55,375 bases of DNA from an uncultured bacterium (GTDB taxonomy: Bacteria; Krumholzibacteriota; Krumholzibacteriia; Krumholzibacteriales; Krumholzibacteriaceae), in contig CAZPAH010000004.1 of the NCBI GenBank assembly GCA_964584495.1, forward strand, positions 1 through 55,375, given 5' to 3'. Below the pieces are notes generated by a model. That model ran no database searches. It had not been told where the DNA came from and saw nothing but the letters and a program-made list of their open reading frames with translations. Both the position numbers and the translations under genes were made by a program. Positions 48,788 through 55,375 of this stretch are shown in pieces; positions within the stretch are counted from its first letter, which is position 1, and each line of letters starts with the position of its first letter.

Positions 48788-50248
48788 CTATTCAAGAACG
48801 GAACGGTTGTTTTCGAAATCCCAGAGGGACTGTATCTTCATATCCAGCAGGCCGAGCCTGTATTGTATCAGGGAGGAGACCTCGTTGAGCTTCTTCTGGG
48901 AAAGCTGGACCTGGAACTGGTTGAGCTCCATGCTCGAGAGGTCTCCGTTGCGGTACTTCTCGAGGTTGATATCGTACGTGAGCTGTGAATTCCTCACGTT
49001 CTGCTTGGCGATCTCTATCTGCGTGACCTGGTTCTCCAGGTTCCTGTATGCGCTTCTTATCGATATCAGGATATCGTCCTTCTCCTCCTCCAGCGAGAGC
49101 TCCTGGGATTTCAGCGAGGCGCGGGCCGCCTCGAGGAGCGATTTCTTCTCGCCCCAGTCCCACAGCGGCACCTCGAGCGTCAGCGAGAACTGCTGGTTCT
49201 TGTCGGGGGAGTCGTAGATGCTCGAGAACCTTTCATCGGTTCCCGACGTGCCGTAGGCGAGGTTGATGTTTCCCCAGAACTCGTTCGTCGCCCCGGTGGT
49301 TATCACGTTGTTGCGGGCGTTCTCGATCTGTATCTCCTGCTGCCTTATCTCCATCCTGTTTTTCAGGCCGTGCGAGATAGCCTGCTGGAGGTCTACCTCC
49401 ACGTAGTTGAACGAGATATCGGCCGTGATATCGATCTCCTCGTCGAGGGGGATGCCGAGAAGCTTCTTGAACCGGTCGAGCGCCGATTCGAGGGTAACCT
49501 TCTGGTTCTGCAGGGACGACTGCGCGCTGGAGAGGTTCAGCTCGGCCTGGTAGAGCTCGTCCAGGCTCTCCAGGCCAGCGTCGGCCTTGTTCTTGCTGAT
49601 ATCGTAGCCCACCTTCGTGTTCTCGTACTCGTCGTTGGCGACCTGGACCTGCATCTTCGCTTCGTAGACGTTGTAGAACTGCTGCATAACGAGCTGCTCT
49701 ATCGACAGCTTCTGAATCGCGTAGTTCAGCTGGTTGTTCTCGAGATCGAGCTCGAGGTTCTCCAGCTCCATCTTCCTCTTGTTGTAGGTGAATATCGGCT
49801 GGTTGAAGCTGATGTAGAGGTTGTTCATGTACGTCTTGCTCGACTGGTCCTGGAACTCGCTGTACGAGTCCCGGTAGGAGAAGTTGTTGATCAGCGAAAG
49901 GGTCCCGTCGGTCCAGGTGATCGGCTGGCTGACCGTGAACTCGCCGCCCGACTCTTTCGTCTCCTGCGTGTACCAGGTGGAGAAGAGGTCGTTGAAGACC
50001 GTGCTGTTGCTGTACGATATCGGCGTGAGGGAGAGGCTGAATTTCGACTTCAGCCTGGCCTTCGCCGCGTTGAGCGATGCCTGGCTCCGTTCCAGGCTCA
50101 ACCTGCTGTGCCTGATGTTTGGGCTCTTGTCCATCGCTATCCGGAGGGATTCCTCGAGGGTGAGCACGCGCTGCGCCGAGGCGCCGTCCGCCTGGAGCAG
50201 CACGGCCGCCAATGCGAGCAAGACGGTGTTTCTTCTCCCGATCTTCAT
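48788..50248 (-). CDS. TolC family outer membrane channel
   Basis: Signal peptide; 'LTLEESL.IA', two helical/beta repeats, 'LEVPLWDWG', 'KYRNG..S..EL'. Confidence 0.9.
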   Translation of the reverse strand: MKIGRRNTVLLALAAVLLQADGASAQRVLTLEESLRIAMDKSPNIRHSRLSLERSQASLNAAKARLKSKFSLSLTPISYSNSTVFNDLFSTWYTQETKESGGEFTVSQPITWTDGTLSLINNFSYRDSYSEFQDQSSKTYMNNLYISFNQPIFTYNKRKMELENLELDLENNQLNYAIQKLSIEQLVMQQFYNVYEAKMQVQVANDEYENTKVGYDISKNKADAGLESLDELYQAELNLSSAQSSLQNQKVTLESALDRFKKLLGIPLDEEIDITADISFNYVEVDLQQAISHGLKNRMEIRQQEIQIENARNNVITTGATNEFWGNINLAYGTSGTDERFSSIYDSPDKNQQFSLTLEVPLWDWGEKKSLLEAARASLKSQELSLEEEKDDILISIRSAYRNLENQVTQIEIAKQNVRNSQLTYDINLEKYRNGDLSSMELNQFQVQLSQKKLNEVSSLIQYRLGLLDMKIQSLWDFENNRSVLE

Positions 50249-50285
50249 TTTTCCTGCGAAACCCGAATCCATAGCAGTTTCCTTC

Positions 50286-53200
50286 CTAGCGTTTCACCCA
50301 TTTTATGGCGTCGGCCACAACGTAGCGGGCCTTCGACTTGTTGTTGATCTCGACCTTCGCCGTGCCCTTCGATATGTAAAAGGAGCCGATGAAGTTCCAT
50401 CCATCCTCGGCGGTGTTCAGGTCGAGCACGGTCTCCTCGATCCCGTCGTCGTGATGGATGAAGAGCGTGTTCGAGCCGAGATCGGAATCGCGATCCCTCC
50501 TGCCGCGGAAGGGGGACCGGACCTTGCCCACGTGAAAATATATGTCGTAGTTGCCGCTCTCCGCCAGCTCCGCGGTCCAGGCGGCTTTTCTTTTTCCGTC
50601 CCCGTGGCTCGTGAAATGGGCCGAGCGGATGTACCTGCCGTAGAATTTCGAATCGGTCGTCGCCAGCCAGGTCCCGGTGCTGGTCCAGCCCACGTACCTA
50701 TCGTTGATGTCGGGCTTCGGGACGAGGCTCGGAATCATCCTCTTCAGCAGGCTCTTGGGCGACCCCTTGGCGAACGTGAATCCGGGATCCTCGTCGTCCG
50801 TGACGGTCTCTCCCGGCTCGATAAGCCTGACCGGCGCGTCCAGCACGCGCTCCCCGTCGAACGGCACGGCCCTCTTCTCCAGCTCGAACTCCTCGAAGGT
50901 TCTCGATATGTTGGAGGGGATGTTCATCGAGACCAGCGTGTTTATCTCCACCGAGCCGGGCTGGTAATCGAGAACGGCCCCTATCTCCTTCGTCTCGCCG
51001 GCCGCGAAGTACACGAGCCGCTCGAGGTTGTCCTCCTCGCGGGGGCCGCCGAAAGGTCCTCTGAAGCGCCCGCCCCGCATCCCCCTCTGGCGGGTGAAGG
51101 TGAGCTTCACCAGCCCGTCGACATCCTCCGGGTTGGATATCTTGAAGCGGACCTGGTAGCGTTCCCTGTCCTTGTCCAGGACCTTGTAGTTGCGGTATTC
51201 CCCGTCGAGGAAGCCGGGCAGCTTCCTGTCGGAGTACCAGCTCTCTATATACGGGGCGAAATCGAATCCGAAATCCTTCTCGAGGCCCGAAACGAAAGCC
51301 TCGCCGGTGGTCGCGCGGAACATGGTCTCCTTCAGCCAATTCTCCATGAACGATCCGAAGCGCTCCGGACCGACCCTGTTCTCGAGCAGGCGGAAGAGGA
51401 AATCGCCCTTCATCTTGAGGACGAAATTGGCCATGTTGCGTTTCTCGGGGTCGGAGAGGATCTCGCTGAGGTTCTCCTGCGTAAGGGCGAGGTTGCCCCT
51501 TTCCTCGGGCGTCATTCCCGTGAAGTAACGCCTGAAGACCGAGGGGGGATTATCCAGCCGGCCCGCCCAGAACGATTCGAGCGCCATGTTCAGGACCGGC
51601 CATCTCTCCGATTCGATGTGGTGTATGAAGGTGTAGAAGTTGGGGAATACGTTGTAGCTCGTCGTGAACGCGAACGGGTCCTCCTCGCGGAACGACGTTC
51701 TGCCGAAGTCCTGCGTGAGGGTCGAGCCGATGAAGTCGTTCAGCATGTTGCACTCATTCTCCAGTGGCGAGATCTCCTCGTTCGTGCGGTCGGTGCGCCT
51801 CTTCATCCTCTTCTGCATGATTCTGAAATCCACCCCGCCCAGCGATGCCCCCATCTCGGGGAGCAGCACGATCTCCGGCTGCACCGATTCCTGCCCGACG
51901 GACCAGAGGTGCCTGTAGCTGAAGAAATTGATCGGTACCTCGACAAGCGTCAGCCTGGTGTAGGGGTAGGTGAGGCCGAGGGTGTTCTCGTAGTCCTGGA
52001 GCGCCTCCCCGATGAGGGGGGAGAGGGTGTCGCCGATCTCGCTGAAGTACCCGGAGAAGAAATCGTGGCCCTTCTTGTAGTATATGGCGTACTCGACCGA
52101 GTCGACCGGTATCGAGATCCGCTCGTAATCGGCCGCGGCAAGGCTGAGGGAGGGCAGGGGCATCTCATGCTCGAAGACGAACCTGCCGCCGCCCCCGCTC
52201 GTTATCTTTCCCTGCGAGACGGCGGTCAGGCCGGCCGGCAGCGTCACATCGAGGGTGAACCTGGTGAAATGCTGGGCGTGGATCTCGGGGCGCTCCGAGC
52301 TGAAGCCGGCCCCGGCGACGGGGTACCAGTCGGATTCCGGCGTGAGCAGCAGGAAATCGGGCTGGATGAACGCGTAACGCTTCTTCACCTTCGGTATGTT
52401 CGCCCTCGGCATCGAGAAAGGCTTTTCCCTCGTCTCCTCGTCTATGTCGGGATAGCAGGCCTCCTCGTCGATCCTGCCGTGGTAGGCGACGTCGAACGAA
52501 TCGACCGCACCGGGGGCGAGTGGAACCGACGGCTCGATGACGAGCAGGTGGATATCCCGCCTGTAGGGGACGGGTCCGCCCGCCCCGCTTACGCCGTCGA
52601 CGGCCAGGCCCGGGTTGAGGGTGAATATGTAGCGGGCCGCGGGAGAGGAGGAGTCGTTCATGACACGGTACCTGGCCGTGGCGGCTATCGTCCTGCCCCT
52701 GTGCTCTATAGAGATGTCGCAGGTGAGGGGGGTTATGCGCTCCCCGCCCACGACCTGGTTGTTGGCCTCTATGATCCTCGCGCGTAGCGACCTTCCGCCG
52801 AGGATGTCGCCGATGTACCTGTATCCCAGTAGGAGCGCGGCGGCGAGGAAGACGACCGACAGGACCTTCGCCGACGAGGTGATCCCCCTCGACTGCGGAA
52901 GGCGTTTTATCATCACCACCGTCATGCATATGAATGAGAGGCCGAGCAGGAGGTATATCCCCCTGTGCTCGAGCAGGGACGGAAGATCGCCGAACCCGCA
53001 GAAGGTCGAGCGCTCGAGCGGGAGGGTGAAGGCCATGTAGTCGAAGAGGGAGTGAAACTTCCTCGCCAGGTAGAAGAGGGTCGTCCCTATGTAGCCGAGA
53101 AGGACGATGAAGGTTACGGCCTGGTTGCGTATAAGGACCATGAAGAGGAAGGAGAGGCCGAGTATGAATACCAGCGTCGAGAGGCTTATCACCAGCGGGT

Positions 53201-53645
53201 AGAGAAGGTACGAGAGCAGGTCCACCGGGACCTTCGCCGCGAAGATATTGAAGACCGCGGTGACGGCGAGGACGGCGATGTTGAGTATCGCGAAGACGGT
53301 GAGGATGCCGGCGGTTTTTCCCGCGACGTACTCGCCGTTGGTCATCGAGCGCATGTAGACGACCTCGGTCGTGTCGAGCTTCCTGTCCCGCTTGAGGAAG
53401 TCGGAGGCGAGGAAGATCGCTATCACCGCCTGCACGCTGTTCAGTATGAGAATCGTTATGTACGGTATCGTCGCCGGGATCGCCCGGACCGCCCACGGTC
53501 CCCAGCCGACCTCGGAGAGCAGACCGAAGTTCATGAATCCGAGGAAAACGATCGACATTATCGACAGGACACGGAAGAACCAGCTTCTAAAGAGGGTCTT
53601 TATCTCGATCCGGGCGACGGCCCAAACATTGTACAGTGATATCAT
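50286..53645 (-). CDS. ABC-2 permease fused to a degenerate M1-aminopeptidase-like domain and C-terminal golvesin/Xly-CBD-like domain
   Basis: N-terminal 6-7 TMs ('FLKRDRKLDTTEV.Y.RSM.N..Y..GK'); M1-like 'YPY..LTLVEVP' and 'KG..LF..L...VG.E.F' but no HEXXH; tail 'A.W...L...G.YDIY...GW..IG.F...VVADAIKW'. Confidence 0.72.
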   Translation of the reverse strand: MISLYNVWAVARIEIKTLFRSWFFRVLSIMSIVFLGFMNFGLLSEVGWGPWAVRAIPATIPYITILILNSVQAVIAIFLASDFLKRDRKLDTTEVVYMRSMTNGEYVAGKTAGILTVFAILNIAVLAVTAVFNIFAAKVPVDLLSYLLYPLVISLSTLVFILGLSFLFMVLIRNQAVTFIVLLGYIGTTLFYLARKFHSLFDYMAFTLPLERSTFCGFGDLPSLLEHRGIYLLLGLSFICMTVVMIKRLPQSRGITSSAKVLSVVFLAAALLLGYRYIGDILGGRSLRARIIEANNQVVGGERITPLTCDISIEHRGRTIAATARYRVMNDSSSPAARYIFTLNPGLAVDGVSGAGGPVPYRRDIHLLVIEPSVPLAPGAVDSFDVAYHGRIDEEACYPDIDEETREKPFSMPRANIPKVKKRYAFIQPDFLLLTPESDWYPVAGAGFSSERPEIHAQHFTRFTLDVTLPAGLTAVSQGKITSGGGGRFVFEHEMPLPSLSLAAADYERISIPVDSVEYAIYYKKGHDFFSGYFSEIGDTLSPLIGEALQDYENTLGLTYPYTRLTLVEVPINFFSYRHLWSVGQESVQPEIVLLPEMGASLGGVDFRIMQKRMKRRTDRTNEEISPLENECNMLNDFIGSTLTQDFGRTSFREEDPFAFTTSYNVFPNFYTFIHHIESERWPVLNMALESFWAGRLDNPPSVFRRYFTGMTPEERGNLALTQENLSEILSDPEKRNMANFVLKMKGDFLFRLLENRVGPERFGSFMENWLKETMFRATTGEAFVSGLEKDFGFDFAPYIESWYSDRKLPGFLDGEYRNYKVLDKDRERYQVRFKISNPEDVDGLVKLTFTRQRGMRGGRFRGPFGGPREEDNLERLVYFAAGETKEIGAVLDYQPGSVEINTLVSMNIPSNISRTFEEFELEKRAVPFDGERVLDAPVRLIEPGETVTDDEDPGFTFAKGSPKSLLKRMIPSLVPKPDINDRYVGWTSTGTWLATTDSKFYGRYIRSAHFTSHGDGKRKAAWTAELAESGNYDIYFHVGKVRSPFRGRRDRDSDLGSNTLFIHHDDGIEETVLDLNTAEDGWNFIGSFYISKGTAKVEINNKSKARYVVADAIKWVKR

Positions 53646-54527
53646 TCAACTCACCTCGCGGTGTTCCATGAAGTAGACGTAGGCGTGCTCCAGGTTCGGC
53701 TCTATCTCCTCGGCGGGGTAGCCGTCGAGCTTGTCGCCGACGACGTGGACATCCCAGCCGTTCTCGGAGGGTATCGTCGATATCACCGAGTACTTCGACT
53801 TGATATCCTCCAGCTCGCTGTCGAGCGCGACGATCTTCCAGGCGTGCCCGCGCGCCTTGTCGAGCAGTCCGTCGGGAGAGCCCCGGAAGATGAGCCGCCC
53901 CTTGTCCAGAAGCGCCATGTTGTGGCAGGTGCTCGATATATCGCCGACGATGTGCGTCGATAGGAGGATTATAACGTCCCGCTGTCCGAGGTCGGCCAGG
54001 AGGTTCCTGAACCTTATCCTCTCCTCGGGATCGAGCCCCGTCGTCGGCTCGTCGACCACTATTATCTTCGGATCGCCTATGAGCGCCTGGGCGATGCCGA
54101 GCCTCCTCTTCATGCCGCCGGAGAGCTTGTTCGCCATCCTGTCCCTCACGTCGAAGAGCCCGACCTGCTCGAGCATCGCGTCGACGGCCCTGGTCCTCTC
54201 CTTCGGGTTCTTCAGTCCCGCCAGCGATGCCACGTAATCGAGAAACTCCCAGGTCTTAAGCTTCGAGAAGAACCTGAACTCCTGGGGGAGGTACCCGAGC
54301 ATCGATCTTATCTCCCGGCGGTTTTTTCGAAGGTCGAGATCGCCGATCTTCACCGTCCCCGAAGAGGGCTCCATCAGCGTGACGAGAATCCTCATCAGGG
54401 TCGTCTTTCCGGCACCGTTGGGGCCGAGAAGGCCGAACATCCCGCTGCCGATCACGAGATCCAGGTCCTCGAGGGCGCGGTTACCGTTCTTGTAGACCAT
54501 GCTCAGCTTTTCGATCTTAATTTCCAT
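53646..54527 (-). CDS. ABC transporter ATP-binding protein (ABC-2/DrrA-like)
   Basis: GPNGAGKT, YLPQEF, LSGGM, IIVVDEP, TGLDP, STH; stop abuts the next start. Confidence 0.96.
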   Translation of the reverse strand: MEIKIEKLSMVYKNGNRALEDLDLVIGSGMFGLLGPNGAGKTTLMRILVTLMEPSSGTVKIGDLDLRKNRREIRSMLGYLPQEFRFFSKLKTWEFLDYVASLAGLKNPKERTRAVDAMLEQVGLFDVRDRMANKLSGGMKRRLGIAQALIGDPKIIVVDEPTTGLDPEERIRFRNLLADLGQRDVIILLSTHIVGDISSTCHNMALLDKGRLIFRGSPDGLLDKARGHAWKIVALDSELEDIKSKYSVISTIPSENGWDVHVVGDKLDGYPAEEIEPNLEHAYVYFMEHREVS

Positions 54528-54564
54528 GGGACCCCTTCGTAATGAGCCTCTCCTTACAGTGTTA

Positions 54565-54591
54565 TACGGAAAGAGCTCCGATATAGTTACA
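54565..54591 (-). promoter_or_regulatory. putative ECF-sigma promoter (TGTAAC-N17-CGTA) heading the RND/ABC operon
   Basis: Minus strand TGTAAC 54591-54586 and CGTA 54568-54565, about 38 nt upstream of the ATPase start. Confidence 0.4.
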
Positions 54592-54630
54592 GTCCGCCCG
54601 AACCGGCCGCCCGTTACAGCAATCTGCCCG

Positions 54631-55374
54631 TCACGGTCCGAATCTCAGGAATATATCGAGCGCCCTCATCGCCCTGTCGATCTTGCGGAATACCGGTATC
54701 CCCGCCTCCTCCATCATCCTTACCGCGGGGTCGTAGATCGCCCCCTCGTTCAGGCAGACGACCATCGGCTTGGCGGTGGCGCGAAACAGCCTGATCAGCG
54801 TCTTCGGGTGCGAGTCGTCGTGATTGATATCCTCCCGGTGGCCCGGCCCGGCGGCGAGGTTTTCCTGCGCGGCCGTGGCGGCGACGTTGGAGACGACGAC
54901 GCAGTCGGTGTTCTCGTCCTCGAGGAGCGCCTCGATGCATTTTCCATACTTCGCAGTAGTTATGGCCGGCGTGGCGTCGACCGGGTTATGAACGTCTATG
55001 AAGCCGGTCGGCAGGTACTCGCCGAGCTTCTTCATCGTGCCGGGGGAAAGCTGCGCGAGCTCCATCGAGAGGAGCCTGTCGGCTGCGATCGAGCACTCGA
55101 ACCCGGCGTCGCTCGAGACCGCCACGCGGTTGCCCCCCGCCTTCCGCTGCCACAGGAGGGTCAGGACCTTCACCGCATCCTCGAAATCCTCCATCGAATC
55201 GGCGACGTATATCCCCGTATCGCTCATGAGGGTGCGCAGGACGTCGTAATCGCCCGCCATGGCGGCGGTGTGCGAGGCGACGGCGGCGGCGCCCTCGGCC
55301 GTTCTGCCCGTCTTGTAGAGGAGGATCCTTTTCCCGGCGCCGAGCGCTTCGTTCGCCGCGGCGAGGAACCGTTC
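54631..55374 (-). CDS. acetate/acyl-CoA ligase (ADP-forming) family protein, 5'-truncated by the window edge
   Basis: Frame is open to the window end: 'LYKTGRT..GA.A.ASHTAAMAGDY', 'S.AG...I.AD', 'HNPVDAT'. Confidence 0.8.
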   Translation of the reverse strand, partial: ERFLAAANEALGAGKRILLYKTGRTAEGAAAVASHTAAMAGDYDVLRTLMSDTGIYVADSMEDFEDAVKVLTLLWQRKAGGNRVAVSSDAGFECSIAADRLLSMELAQLSPGTMKKLGEYLPTGFIDVHNPVDATPAITTAKYGKCIEALLEDENTDCVVVSNVAATAAQENLAAGPGHREDINHDDSHPKTLIRLFRATAKPMVVCLNEGAIYDPAVRMMEEAGIPVFRKIDRAMRALDIFLRFGP

Positions 55375-55375
55375 G

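Noticed and set aside
49884-52787. 967-aa plus-strand ORF (and others: 41217-42836, 39900-41033, 47689-48888, 15589-16920)
   Set aside because: These are antisense shadows of well-supported genes. Strong GC3 bias removes stop codons on the opposite strand, and the translations show no recognisable motifs or consistent SD.

Overview
GC-rich bacterial chromosomal segment with about 48 densely packed CDSs. I found no rRNA, tRNA, CRISPR array, integrase or transposase. A gingipain-like C25 peptidase with an FlgD-Ig/T9SS-type C-terminal tail suggests an FCB-related lineage such as Krumholzibacteriota or Latescibacterota (inference only). The standout is a tightly coupled 7-gene minus-strand operon (39197-54527) merging a tripartite RND system with an ABC-2-type transporter. 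Its order is: ABC ATPase, permease fused to a degenerate M1-peptidase-like domain and a golvesin-like domain, TolC, MFP, RND, RND fused to a motif-complete ABC ATPase, second permease. In the fused protein the ATPase domain appears to be split by an inserted transmembrane bundle. Other notable items are a NifS-like/SelD fusion, a divergent ino1 / lysR-suhB inositol module with two tandem perfect palindromes, a PadR-HAAS-ExbB-like module, and several unexplained membrane or lipoproteins. All calls come from motif recognition by eye; no database searches were run.
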